Source: Trichoplax sp. H2
Taxonomy: Eukaryota
Length of the DNA stretch: 64,000 nt
Assembly (NCBI GenBank): GCA_003344405.1
Contig: NOWV01000002.1
Coordinates: 372,001-436,000 of the forward strand
Direction of reading: 5' to 3'
The notes under the pieces were generated by a model that worked only from the letters and a program-made list of their open reading frames with translations, was not told where the DNA came from and did not search any database. The stretch's first letter is position 1. Every line of letters starts with the position of its first letter. Shown here piece after piece: positions 21,976 through 36,520 of the stretch. Made by a program: the position numbers and the translations under genes.

Positions 21976-23474
21976 GATTGCGTTTGTCGTTTTGCAGACT
22001 GTAGCAGCTTTCGATAGATCTGAGTCAGACGGTCTGACCGACCGACTGTTGTACAGTGTACAGTACCGTCAACATCATCGTCCGGACTGTACAGTATAGT
22101 ACAGTACACTATTGGAATCTACAGTACGCAGTACTGTAGTATACGATTATCATCCGTTGGCTGCTAGGTTGGTTTTGTACAGTGTAGTGTACGGTTTTAG
22201 TGGTAGCGTCTAGTAGAATGACCAGAAAAATGTTTGGCGCGGCATTATTTTGCAGTGAGTGGCGACTTGTCGTCCTTCTTCTCTCTTTCTCTAGTACAAA
22301 CCTACAAATAATCATGGTAGTATGTTAGGTTAAAGATGTTAATAGTCGATGATGATGCCCAATGAAAACAACTGAATGACAAGCACACTAATAATGATGT
22401 TAAGTCGCTTTTATTAGTCGTTATTAGTCATTTGTAAGACAGCGCATTTTAGGCACATGGTACCATTTGAATGTAAACTCCCTACGTAGATACTCATACC
22501 ATACATAACTTGCTATACTGAGTCTAGTATAGTAGCGTATCGAGCAGAAAGTCGTACCAAGTCACAAGCTGCAAATCATCAGATCCAATCAACAGCTGAC
22601 CAGGTCAAGGCCAAATCGTTCATTAAATTGGCTTAAATTGGTTCGAGTAGTCACTACTGGGAAGTTTAGCGATCTTTCAAGACAACTTGGCTACTATTCC
22701 ATCTTCAGTGGTAAGTTTAGAAATTGGACTAACGCTATGCTCGGTAGTTAACGTTGATTGAAAGGGTTATGGGTGTCGATAATGGGATAGAAAAGTGGAT
22801 GTTGAGCTGTTCAATGGGATGAAAGGTTCATCAGCCCAGCCCATCATCTGCCCTCTTCTTGTACATACATTACGTTAGCATCAGTATGCAAATAAGATTT
22901 CCCATTTTACATGGGAAATTTTATTTATTTTATCAGCTTGCTACAACGAAATCATCACTGTAGAATCACTGATAGTCTTCTAAATTACTACGCTACTACT
23001 ATTTTGAGGAGGCTGTCTATCTTTTAGCTTAATTGACGATATCAATGAGCTAAGGATGATGTCATAAGTCTGCTGGATGATAGCTTAAAAAGTCTCTATT
23101 GACTATTCATTCACGCGATGCTTTGCAGTCGGTAAGCTCGCGTAAAATAGACCTCTGATCTATCCTCAAAACGACAGTATCTTGAGTTGGCATGCAATAA
23201 CTCATGGTATAGTAATGTATAAAAGCACAGGATTATTGTCGTATAGCTACTGTATATAGGTCAAGGAATCATGAATAGATGTAGTATGATCAATTAATTA
23301 TCGGCTAGATTTGCAGTAGTACAGAGACATTAATAGACATCGTTAAAAGATAGGAAGGATGGCGTTTTAAGCTTTACATTAACTTTCATTCATCTCTTTC
23401 TTGTAGTTGTAGAATTGATGCTGATTTTGTCAATCGATTGAAACTACAGGTGGTTAACCAAAGAAATAGACGAT

Positions 23475-26400
23475 ATGCGTCCAAAGCATCCAAGGCAAGA
23501 TGGAGACAGCTTAGCTTTCGTATACGTACTGTCTATAGGAGCGGCGACAATGTCAGAATTAGGTAACCATTACTACTGTATCAAGTCATCCCCACATAAT
23601 GATTACCTCTCCTAAACTGAATGTTAGCCATCTGATTGAATCAATAGTCGTCGTACATTCTTATTCTTTCATCAGTTACTACAATTTAGGATAGTATTAT
23701 TACTAGTACGACTCTCTTGTATGTTACGTGCGATATTGATGCGATGAAATCATATATATCAAATGATCTTGTTAAAGACTTTTTTACAGTTACAGTGTTT
23801 GCATAATCTTGACGTCAGCGAACCTTTTAAATTATCATACCTTATTTCACTAATAAATTGATGATCAAATAGTCCGACTCATTATTTAGATATAGAAGTA
23901 GCAATTATAATAATTGAGCACTCTATAGTTTTTCATACAATGTAATAATTCGATGATAATGCGCTTGTAGACTTGTATATTGGAAGATCAATTGACGCGT
24001 ATGTAATTTCTGCTGACCTAATTCGTTAACAATGTACATAATATCCACATCGGGTAGTGGCTGCTTCCAAATTAAACAATAACAGGCTTACTTCAAAACG
24101 TAGATTAAAGCATGTATTACTAGAAACCTACTTAAAGACAGGTAGAGCTCCTAATACTAATTTAAATTTCTAGTCTTTAAATTATGGAAGCATAGATTTT
24201 ATTATTATCACTTATCGATGAAAGCTAGCAGAAAAAATTAAAAACTCGTCGAATATATTCTTATAATATCAGGATGATATCGTTATCAAAATGATGAATT
24301 ATTCCAAAAATTGAAACATTATTAAGCTGCCCTATGTTTGTCACTTATTTACTTGTATTATTGATAATTAATTCTCTTTAAAAGAATCGCACTTTCAGCG
24401 TAGTAGAGCTTTGCACTACTCTGCACTCTGAAAATATTTTACACCTTGTATGCTCGCTCATTTAGGAAATAATTACCACATAGCAACGGCAATACAAAGC
24501 CATAGTGAGACTTTCGTAATGGATTGCGCATCTCGAATAGTTACTGTACAGAATGAAATTAAGTGTACCAAGCAATATTATTCTAGTAATATGTTATTAC
24601 TGTAGTTAAATGCAAGGATAATGATGTAACATACGCAAAAATATAAAATTTATAACGTGCACCTTTTAAACAATTGCTAAAACGAAAAATTAAAAAATAA
24701 GCCTCCATAGCTTCTACTCTACGTATGCTTGATAGCGTAAATCTTAATAATACGGATGTAAGAAATGAAGATCAAATTTAATCGACACTAACACTTTCAC
24801 TATCCAATTCCTTTTATATAGTAACTTTCCCGTTAGATTTAACCAAGACCCGATTAATAATTCAAGGTGAAGGAGTTGATAAAGATTTAGCCAAAAGGCA
24901 ATACCGTGGTATGGCCAAAACACTAGCTAGTGTGGGTAAGCGTATATTTGAAATTTTTTCACTTACTAACTAAATCTTGATAAATGGCATCACTCGATCT
25001 ATTGATAATTAATAGTAGTGCTCTGTTGTAGAGATGAAATCATGCGAAATATCAAAAAATAAATATGTTGTGCATTGTAGTTAATGCTATAATAACTGTG
25101 ATGGAATTACTGTAGATTGGTAATTAGAAATATACGTTGCTCGTTGCTCTTAATGGTTTCTATCAACTATCAAACAAAAATCTATCTCAACTAACATAAA
25201 TATGCCTAAATTTAGTTAAAGAAGAAGGATTTCTAAGTTTGTACAAAGGTGTAACTCCTGGGATTCTAAGGCATGTTGGTTAGTAAGAATTTATTAGCAA
25301 TATATTCCTTATAAGTAAGTTTGCTTTTTAATCCTGTGCTATTATTAACTATTCTTTAATTGAACTTATGGCCAGTTTACTCCGGCGTCCGCATGGTCAC
25401 TTACGAATACATACGTGAAAATATTTTAGGCAAACGAGAAGATGGCATATATCCTCTTTGGTAAGTCAAAATAAATATAGTTTTACTTTTAATTTCAGGT
25501 ACTAAATTCTAATTTCTTTATTTAAAATCTTTCAATAGGAAAGCTGTTATATCCGGTATGACTGCTGGTGCTATAGGCCAGTTCTTAGCTAATCCAACGG
25601 ATGTTATTAAAATTCAGATGCAAATGGAAGGAAAGAGAATCCGCGAAGGCAAAACTCCCAGGTTTGTACGAATTGTCATCATCCTTTACACTTGACTTTC
25701 CAAAAATTGATAGTTACCTTAATGGTTGATGCATGTCTAGTAATGTATAATTCCTGGCATTTGTTACACAATTTTACTCTTGTTCAGCTGATTTATCTGA
25801 AAAAATTTGATAATTTATTCTGGAAAGGTATCGTGGAACGTTCGATGCATTCAGCAAGTTATATCGGAGCGGTGGTATTCGCGGTTTGTGGTTGGGATGG
25901 GGCCCGAATGCTACAAGAGCATCATTAGTTACCATGGGAGGTTAGATTGCGAATTTTAAATGAAATTTCTTTAATTTTTGAAATTGTTAACGAGCTAATG
26001 CTCCCATTAAAAGATGCCAACTTCATTGAATTTAGATTTAACTACATATGATACGGTTAAACATTGGTTATTACTAAAAACGACATTGATCGATAACTGG
26101 GCCCTTCATTTGATATCAAGGTAAAAGATTATTGTCAAATAATCCTGTAACGCCTACTTATTCTTGTTTAGTAATTAATATATTATTTTTAATGATGTGA
26201 TTATCATTCTTAAAAAATAGCTTATCTTTCTTACTTTTTTAATTTGTAATCTCTCAGCGGGTGCTCTAGCTTAGTAGCTGCTGTACTAGCAATGCCTGTG
26301 GATGTTGTCAAGACCAGGATAATGAATCAAAATATAGTCACTCCAAAGGAAGGGTAATGAAGAGTTTCAATTTATATTATGCGTTAGCTACTATCGATTG

Positions 26401-26809
26401 CTACCTCTGATATTTTACAGATAATTAAAAAAGAAGCTGTATTGTTTTAGACATTTCTAATCATAAGTTTTCTTTATGCAGTCAAGTAATCTACAGTTCA
26501 GTTATCGATTGCTTAACCAAGACGGTAAGTAATTCAATATTTACTGAAAGAAATATTCAAGCTTTGACATGATCTTGATCATAAATCAAACATAGGTTAA
26601 AAACGAAGGATTATCGGCTTTATATAAGGGTTTTTTTCCAACATGGTTACGAATGGTTAGTATTAACTATACAGTATATACGCGTATTCTTATACTTAAT
26701 AGCTGTATCTTATTTTAAACATTATTTATATCTTTAGTGTCCATGGTCGCTAACATTCTGGTTTACTTATGAAGAGATACGAAAACTATGTGGTACTCCA
26801 TCCTTTTAG
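23475..26809 (+). CDS. SLC25A27: Mitochondrial uncoupling protein 4-like carrier (SLC25 family), 11 coding exons, ~313 aa
   Basis: Exons 23475-23562, 24822-24935, 25216-25278, 25376-25460, 25539-25661, 25828-25940, 26036-26120, 26258-26353, 26482-26524, 26596-26655 and 26738-26809 join in frame. Three carrier signatures are present ([40 protein letters not shown]), plus a UCP4-type C-terminus [26 protein letters not shown]. The start could extend upstream through the acceptor at 23449. Confidence 0.9.
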
Positions 26810-28855
26810 AGATTAATTTTTAAAAGATATGGACAGTTATTTTTATATCGGTTTTTAATTGATAATGATGCACGAAATGGCAGCTACCGTTAGTTATGTG
26901 GCATAAATTAAGTCAACAAATTTATCAACCATCCTCGTGCAAAGATATTGGATAGTACTTTTTCCTTATATTTCATGCATTATTGGACTGATGCATTATT
27001 CTTGCAGCTGAACATCTGTATTCTTGGAATAATATATAGACACGCGAATTTGCAAATTTTAAATCCTGTTATTTGGCTAATCTAAGAATCAATTTTTATA
27101 CAACTTTAAAAAATCAGGATGTATGTCTATTTTATGTTACCTTGCAGTATTTTCGTACTGCTACAAGCCCTGATTGACACTAGCATGACATTACTGTATG
27201 CTGAGTAACAGTTTCGGCATACATAATGTTACAGTTCATGTAGTATTTATAGCTAAATAGGAAGTTTCAATTTTGCAAGGGCGCTGCCTTATGTTCAATT
27301 AATAATTGACTTATAGTTTAGTGTTAACTTTAATACATTTACAAAGTCTTTAATTTCGAAGTACCTCGGTAACTTAACGAAATTTATGCGTAAAGTAATT
27401 ATTCGAACTACTCAAGTATATTCAGTCTTAATCGGATACTTTCAAAATAGTACTTAATAATATTTATATCGGAATCAAATTTGCTAGTTATTGAGTATTA
27501 ATTGAACATGCTTTTAATACCGTTTCTATCAGAGTCTATGTTGTACTGATATATGAATGTAAATTAGCTCAGTTTTGATATTGAGGATACCTGCAAATTG
27601 TAAGATATTGAAAAAGCTAGATTTCATTCAGGCTAATCTGGAGTCAATGCCTTATTATATTCGAAATGGCGTTAAAAATACGAATACATTGCGCATATGC
27701 TTAAATTTATCATCGTAATAAATAATAGATAAACATCTATAAACGTATACTTTAATTCGTAAATTTTTCTGGAAAGAGATCTGATGCTTGTCTAATTACC
27801 TGTTGATACATTGCTGTATAGGGCTATAATAATATCAATGATGCCATTTTAATTGAAATACGCTTTATATTTATACGTGTATACAGTATATGTTTCGATT
27901 AATTGTATTTTAATCTTTGTATGTATAGAGAATGGTATCACATTTGTAATCGAATATGCAAGATAAAAAGAGTTGGGAATCGATATCATTACTGACCCAA
28001 CTAATTACTGTACTATACTGCATACTGCAATAAGCACAGTAACCTAATACTTGTATGCCTGCTTGTATAAAGTCGAGCTAGAATTAGGATACTGTATCAG
28101 CCTGCATATTTTGTAATTTTTCGAAGATATATTTATTTAAAATATGCTGGTAGTGGCTTAAACGGTGCCTGGTACATAAACATACAAGAATGCTTAATAG
28201 ATTATTCGTGCTAATTAATGGGCAATTTTCATGCAATAGAAAGTCATTCCACTTTCATTCACACATGCTAGATACTTGATGAATCGTGTTCGGTTACGGT
28301 TGCCGTGATATTATGGCCGCAAGTTAGCTGGTTACTGCCATCATTTCTAGCAGATTTGATATATACTGCAGCAATACGATAGCTCAAAATTATAATTGTC
28401 GCTGTGAATTAATACTGTACTGTATGCTACTTGCCTATATTTAATTTTCACGCATCATAGAAGATGATTTGCTCAATATGATACTATATGCTATATTATG
28501 CCCCAATCATGGCAACTTTAGTATCAAAATAACCTTGATGCGAATTTTGGGCCAAGTGATACCGTCGCTAAAAATTCAAAATTTTCACTTGTCTCGTATA
28601 GGTAACAGACTAGTATACGGACTAATGTTTCATAATCCCATGTGCTCGCATCTATACTTTCACGTTATTATTAATTATTGACAAACAGCTCTGCTCAGGC
28701 AGCCACTGCATGCAATCTTGACTCATTTCCTTCTAATTAAACTCTTATTCTCGTAAGTGCTTTTACTACCTGACTGTGGTGTCTGAAAGGAAGTCTAAAG
28801 TATCTACTAGAGTGGTTTTAAGTTTTGGAGTTTTCTAACAATTTATAATGATAGC

Positions 28856-31800
28856 ATGGACGAATTACCTCAGGTTGACTCCGATAACAAGCCCTTGATC
28901 TTTCACGATGATGCGATATCTAATCACCCAAACACCCAATCTCCCATCAAGATGAATGAAGATTGCATAGAAGATAATGATATTACAGTAAGAGATCATG
29001 AGATCAATCCATTTCAAGCCAGCAGTGATCAAGCTGGTCCGATGGAAAACGATCATGATAGATCTTTAGTTGGCAACATTGTTTATGCTCCAAACCAGAT
29101 GGAAATCGATACGAATAGCAATTTAAATCGAGGTAAGTTCTACTACAGTAGATGCTATACTAGTACTCGCCAAGTTATCCATGACTTTATCTTCATAGTG
29201 ATTAGATCAGAGATGGAAATATTGCTAATATACATTCTGTACTATGGCGTTTCTTTCACATGATGAAATTATTATATTCAGACTTCAGCTTAAACATCCC
29301 TTGAGATATTGCTGATCCTTGTGTATGCTGTAACACAGATTGCAGAAATGGCTGAGCTTTCTAAGATTGCAACTCTTCTTCCTATCGTTTAACAGATTGT
29401 CGTTATAGTCGTATTTGTACTGTACAGTATAGCTAATTAATTATCAACTTAGTCAAATTGTGCTTTCGATATAACTTCGGCCAGTCACATCACTTAACCT
29501 ACAAAAACCAGGATACATACAGTATAATGGACATGCTCATGTGCCTTATAGTTAGTGCTCCAGCTATGGTATGTTCCCTGGCCTCTAATTTCTAATTTAG
29601 TTAATGTTGCCGATTCAATATCGCTAGGTAGACAAGAACTAGAGGATCATTACAATTATAAATTAGTTGGTCATATTGTAGATCTGTATGTCATGTTTGT
29701 TATTTCACTCTCTATAATTCTAAGGAAAGGATTTCAGATTTTAAAATATATCTCAAGCAAAGTTAAAAGATTTAGAATTTCCTTGAAATTGTTAATCAGT
29801 TCTTTTATTTGATATTGATCGAACAATTGTAGCGGCAGATGAAGTAAAGATAGTGGAATTGACATTTGATACACAAAAGACGAGCTTAAATGCTAATTTG
29901 TATGAATCTAGCTCAATCAAACCGGTAGAGAAAGATGTCAGGTAATGCGATAACGCGTTTAGTAAACAGGTTTTGAAGCTCTATTACTAATATAGACGAA
30001 GTGAAGTGTCTAATCATGAGTCTATTTCTAAAGTATGCAGAGGTTTTTGCATTATATCTTATACTACATCTTGAATGTGACAAATGTCGTGAGCCATTCC
30101 ATTATCTATTTGATTAACGTTAGTAAAAGCAATACAGATGAAACATTTGCTGTCTCTGGACAAACGGATACCTTATTACAAGGTAGATGTGAATGTAGTT
30201 TGAATTAGTCCGTTTTAAAATTGTTACAATTGCAAGTAAGAGACAGTTTTAAGGTTGCTATAATAATTTATGGTATTATCGATCTTAACAGTATCGTGTA
30301 GTGATACGCAAGAAAATAACGAAATGCAAATATCAGAACCAGCAATGGATTATTTTGGTGATGAAGACGGTGAGATAAGGTCAGTGATAATACGAGTAGA
30401 TGCACTAATAAGCGTTTGAAGTAGGATTTAGTCACATCTTGGATACATTAGTATAGTGACTGATGGAATTAAAATTTCAGGTCTAACACTTCTATCCATA
30501 AAGATGAAAGTGAGAACCGCAAGTCTGATGCCCAATGTCAGCCTTTGTTAGCTGATTCCCAGCCGCAGTTAGAATCGAATATGAAAGTTTGTCAAGAAGA
30601 TGAAAACGCATTAAAAATGCCTATTCATCCATCTGTGCCAGAAGGTCAGAGTGATGAAGATGAGTTACCATCATCTAGTGACTCTAGCGATAATGAAGGA
30701 TCTGACAGTTGCCGGTCTTTAGATGGCAACGTCGAAGAGATAGGGTAAAGTCTGTCATAAATAATTCCCACTACTGATTGGATCTTTTAAATATTAATTT
30801 TTAATGATTGATCCATGGAACAGACCTGATAAATTTCGTTCAGCTCCAACGGTGGAAGGAGAACTAACATTAGAGGTAATAGTTCTTCTGATCAGTCATT
30901 TTATCTGTTATGTTGTAACATAGGTTGAAGATAAATTCCTAGATATGATGTTCAATCTGTCATTCTAACTCTCTGACTCATATTAGAATCTACCTGAAGT
31001 GGAAGAAATTGATTTCAAATTAGATGAAAGCATTGCTATGCAAAATATTGGATCAATATCTTCAGTGATAGATACCTTAGGTAAATTCGCTTTCTCGTGA
31101 CAATCTATATATAGGTTATCACATGCGTTAGTTTTTCATAATGATCGTTTATTCATATCTACTTCATCCAGTATCTTTCGATTTGTTGTGAATGAGTTAC
31201 TGACTTTCAATGCATTGACATTAATTATAGTTATTGTGAAGGCCAACGCACTAGCTCCTGCACTAGATATCGATTCTCTATTATTTCTGGAAAATAGACT
31301 CTGCATAGGAAAGGTCGGTACTTACGCTTTCTGTAGCTTTTTATTAAACACCGGATTTCGATAGCTATTTACAAAGTAGTTGTTATATGCTTATTAATAT
31401 ACTCGTACTATTTGCATCAATAACTTTTCTCACTATCTAGGATTTGTGTATCCGATATAAATTCATTCTGAAAGCTTCATTAAAGTGACGAGTGAATATG
31501 TTATTGATATTATATTATGCTAATTTCGTATCATACTGTGTAGATCTTTGAAACATTTGGCCCTGTAAATTCTCCTTATTACTCTCTCCGATTTAATTCG
31601 AAATCGGCGATAGAAAGAATGGACCTTATTCCATCTATCGTAGTATATTCTGCGCCTGAGGTAAAGGATTTCACAGGCTATGTCTTAATCGAACAATTAC
31701 GCCGGTTAGTTGCTACCAATTGGATTGTAGATTACCCATATATTATACTTAATAAAGCAGTTATTTAAGAAACAAAACAGTATTCCTAATGTATCGGTGT

Positions 31801-32710
31801 GATTTTGTTGGATAGGGTTAAAGGCTCCGATGCATCCTGGAAAAATGATATCGAGCCACCACCTGATGTTAGGAGTTATTCTCTACGAATAAAAGCTATC
31901 GTAACGTGCACTGAAAGCTTGGTAGTTAAAATTGATCTTTTTTTTACAGCATATTGAGTATTCTGATGATGAAAAAGAAAGGCAAGAAAAAGCACGCTTA
32001 AGAAATAATGGCAAGGATAACCTGTAAATGGACTATTTGTCTATATGCTCTCGTTAAGATTTTGCATGCTATTATTTCATAATTTTATAATTTTACGACT
32101 AACATTGAACTTCCTTATCAGACCCCAGAGTGATAAAAAACCCAAGAGTAACAAGCGTAGAGGTAATAAAAGGCAATATGATAGACAACATGGCGTTAAT
32201 CAAACCGGATTTAATAGAGGTATGCAGTATTATTTCAGAGTTCAAATTATGTAATATTTAAAAGGTCCAATAGAACCATTTCCGATGTTAAAATATCTTA
32301 CAGGTCACACACGCAATAGCTACGGACTTTTTGGGTCTAACAGTAAACTGCAACAGAATTCTTGGAATAACCCTCGTAACCGCTCTGATAAATCTGATTT
32401 TACGCCTACATCATTTAATTTTAATGGAAATTACGCCTATCAAATGCCTGTTCAATTTAGTAATAATTCGTACACATATCCACTTAATGCAACGCCTACA
32501 AATTCTAATCAACCTTCAAGTTATATGCCTAGTCATTCGATGATTCCTGGGCAATCCCAACTAGGCTATACCTACAATGAACAATCTAGGCCGACAGTGC
32601 CACAGTTTTCGAGCCCCTACGAAATGTATCAATCGTATAGCTCGACAGGAACTGTGTCTTATAACCAGCCATGGTTACCGCCAGATCCTAAGGCAGATCA
32701 TGAGCAGTGA
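28856..32710 (+). CDS. NAF1: H/ACA ribonucleoprotein assembly factor NAF1, about 13 coding exons
   Basis: Acidic low-complexity N-terminus, then a Gar1/Naf1 domain over exons ~30823-32023: GELTLE-NLPEVEE...IGSISSVIDTL-VIVKA...ALDIDSLLFLENRLCIGK-IFETFGPVNSPYYSLRF...KGSDASWKNDIEPPPD-HIEYSDDEKERQ. The last exon is S/P/Y/N/Q-rich and ends at 32710. N-terminal exon boundaries are approximate. Confidence 0.88.
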
Positions 32711-33798
32711 TAGCCTACTACTTACATCTACTCAAACAGTTTTAACTTACACAATGGCTAATGTAAGATATTGATCATAGTTTCATAGATGTTAGACATA
32801 TACACGTATATATATATATTTTATTATAAAAGTTTATGATGCTTTTGTATTTATATGATATATACTATATATAGTCATATCACAGTAAAAGTATAGATAC
32901 TACATATGTAGCAATAAAATGTCATTATGGTTGAATTTACTTCGTTATTTCGGGATAGAAATCCAAAAAAGGCATACATTTGATGTCAATGGTACGAGTA
33001 TCGTTCTATCTGCTACATAACATACTGTAGATATAGCTTACATGACTCGTAGCCATTACTGTAATTAATATGATGCGAGATAAGTAAAAATATATTTATT
33101 TTGTAACTGGTATCTATCGTAGTATATAAGTTACGTAACATTTCCACGGATATAAAGTATGAATGCCAAATATCAACTCTTCTAAGTGATATCTATTTTG
33201 GCTAATAATGGCCATATAATAATATAGTAACATACCAGTATATCAACATTTATAAGATATATATTCATCAAACGCGTTTTATGCTGCTGTAGTGATTTTA
33301 TTTCCTTTTATAGCTAAGAAACACATTTACATTATTTGCAGTTGAATAAAAATACGTCACATTAGAAATCTCGCAACATCATACCAGTCTGATACCACAA
33401 GATATCCTTCTGTTATTACTGTAATTATAAATTTAAAATCATAACATCTTTAATTTATTTATCTCCGTAGCTTTCTTAAGAATTCGAGCTCCAATTTTTG
33501 CTACTCTTATAAATATTAAGTGATAAATCAGATCTTTATAGTACCGTTTGATATCTATAGTTGATAATACGCTTTAATGATAAGAGTACAGCGTAACATT
33601 CAATTATAAATCGTAGTCACTACAGTCAAACGTTATACAAATTTATTACAAAGCAGCAAATACTTATCGCTAGAAAAATATCACGGAAGTATGATACAGC
33701 TTATTTTACAACTATACTAACCGGCATACCAATAGATTCTTAATTAAATAAATGAGACAATAGTTTATCTTTATTATTAGCATTAAGTAAAAATTATG

Positions 33799-36464
33799 TT
33801 ATGAAGACCAATTCGGTGTTGAGAATGTGGGTTTCTCTTTCTGCCAAATCATTTGACCGAAGTGATAAGTCACAGCTAACGTACCCCCAATTGCTGCAGC
33901 TAAAGCAGTCGCTCTAATTCCACCTATAGATCAATTGAAATAGATGCTATGAATTGAAACTGTTCACATTTAATATTATCAGGAAATAAAGTACTGTGCT
34001 AATGTAATTGGTACAAGAAACGATGTAGTGTTGCATGTCGTATTTAGAACATACCAGTAGATTTGAAAATAGCGCCGGTCAAGACAGCAGCACCGACTGT
34101 GTTGTAGGGATTATCTTCATCTTCTTTCTGGGTGACTTTACCTAGAATTGTCTCTGTACACGTATACAATAATGCTACATGTACATAGTGACAAACAAAC
34201 ACATATTAATACAGCAAAGTATCCAATATAGAGAGTAGAATCGATATGTTTAATTTACAAATACTGTACTGTCTAGATGAAGCGATACATATACAAGTAT
34301 ATTGGGTATTCATACAGTGAGGAAACATTGCTAATTAACTATAATCTATCAAGTAAATTGATTTGTCACTTTTATGTGGGTAGGATTAAAATACAACGTT
34401 TAAAATTGGCTGTACAGCAAATAATATTGTTACGTAATCAGTATATCACGCACGCTATGGTTAGATGCAATCAGATTCAAGATGATTTACCTATACAGCC
34501 CAAGCTGTTGCCAACGAAGGGTCCTCTTCGTGTGCAACTATTTAAAATGCCGTTAATTCTAAGTTTCATTGTATTTCCGTGAGGAGTTCTTAAACCTTCG
34601 AACAAGCCCCACGCTCCACCACATGTAATACCTATTAATAACCGATTAATATTTGGTAAGGCGAAAAATTATAAAAAAATCAAGTGATGTAAGCATTCTC
34701 CCTTAGGTTAATATGTAGCACATTATAATATGATCATTCAATCTTAATATGGTTAATGCTTTTTAGGCTACTCTAGTAGTCACGTTAAATGATTATTTAA
34801 TGAGTACCAATCATATAAGATGATCCAACATTAGAGAACATCCTTTCACCCCAACTTCTCCTTTTGACGGGTTCACCAGCAAATATGAACTCTGAACCAT
34901 CCTGATGAGATAAGTAAAACGAAACGCTATTAGTGATAAATCATTAATCGACTTTTTTTGCATTTCCAATGTTCAGAAAGTATAGTCCATTTAAAAGTCT
35001 CCTTCCATACAGTAATAGCAGCCTTAATATACCTGATGTAAGGAGCGAGGATCGATATTCATATATGGAGAAAGCAAGGCCTTATTCGTGGATGATACTG
35101 TTTTGATGATAGGTAAAAAAAATAACATGAGGTTTGGTGAACGTCTGGCTATCAATCGAGTACATTACGAATGTAATTTTACAAGTTAAGTAGGAGCAAC
35201 CAATAGTGACTATCCGTGGCAGTAATATTGCCATCTTTTATAGCTCATATTTTACAGTCCGTGATAAATCATATCGCTAACAATGCAATTGGACTACAGC
35301 CGTTGATGAAATTGCTTTCCAAATAGCAATGTCATCGATACAGAGATTATTTAATATTCATGATTGAGCGCAATCCTTGGTCAAAATTGAGCAACAGTTG
35401 CTCAAAAGCGTTCGCAGGAGTAATAAAAGGGGTCCTACTTTAATATAACTGTATTAACCTGACTGTTGCGATAATTCCTACAATCATTTAAAGATGTGAT
35501 TTTTAAAATTATTGATGTCCAGATGTACTCTACAATATGATGCAATCGGCCATTCGCATAATCTGTGCATACAGGCGATTGAATAATATAGTCTAGTAGT
35601 ATAATACTGTATTTTCAAGCTAGCTAGTTCAAAGCGGTCAAATTTTCACTTTAATAGATATGTGAATGGTTGAACGTCATAAAACTGGGATTAGTAACTC
35701 AAGTTACGGATCCAATAGAATGGATATAACACGTTGATTAATTACCTTCGAAATTCACCTAGTAAGAATTTTTACTCAACTGATGATCCTCATAAGATAT
35801 GGTGAGTACTGGTGATGGTGGTCTAATGAATCAGTATTACGGCTATAGTCAATCCTCGATTTCAAATTCAATTGGATTAGATTATCATTTTGTTGAATTT
35901 TCAAAGTTTACTCATGACTAGAAAGGAAAAATTATTCTACATCATTGTTGATGGAAAAAGTTGAAGGATCGATATCCTATTCAAGTTGAACATCTGTGTC
36001 TCAAACATGAATCGTCTACAGAGTACATCCTGCCTGTCTATAGTAGAGTACAGTCATGAAATGGTGTCCACTTTTAGCGTGGATTTAATATCGATCTTTG
36101 TAGAGAAATGATACTCCTTGTCACACATGTTTTCAAGATAGGCAGCAACTGTTACTAATAACACCTGCCTGTTGGTGACAATAAGCAATGGCTTCAATGA
36201 TGGATCATTCAACTGGCACGACAGCAAAAGCAAGCGCGATGCCTGCTTGCACTAAGCTGCCATAACACCATGTGCGAGTATAAGGCGTATGATGCAATGA
36301 GCTACTTTCATCAATCATGTCATGTCCAAATCGACCATCATTTCATTGCGTAGTATCCAATTGTAAAATAGAATTCTATCTCAATACTTACATGATGCAG
36401 ACATGGTTGGATCTGTTGACGAATAGTCTCTTGAATAGCCATCTTTTCCGTAGTCGTCAGACAT
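33799..36464 (-). CDS. TIMM23: Mitochondrial inner-membrane translocase subunit TIM23, 6 coding exons, 205 aa
   Basis: Exons 36464-36392, 35097-35033, 34901-34808, 34631-34491, 34174-34055 and 33923-33799 join in frame. Translation: MSDDYGKDGY...LLSPYMNIDPRSLHQDGSEFIF...RRSWGERMFSNVGSSYMIG...LRINGILNSCTRRGPFVGNSLGCIALLY...YNTVGAAVLTGAIFKSTGG. Exon 1 is the least certain. Confidence 0.9.
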
Positions 36465-36520
36465 GATGTGGACTTGTCGCTTTGCTTGCACTTGGTAGCC
36501 GCCGCTTCGCCCAATTTTTT

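Noticed and set aside
21759..22315. ORFs 21759-22109 and 22109-22315 (-)
   Set aside because: Alternative-frame and promoter-repeat translations overlapping NSMCE2, with no family signature.
29260..29315. Box C (ATGATGA) and box D (CTGA) pair in NAF1 intron 1
   Set aside because: Short, with no clear terminal stem or recognisable rRNA guide. Such boxes occur by chance in AT-rich DNA.
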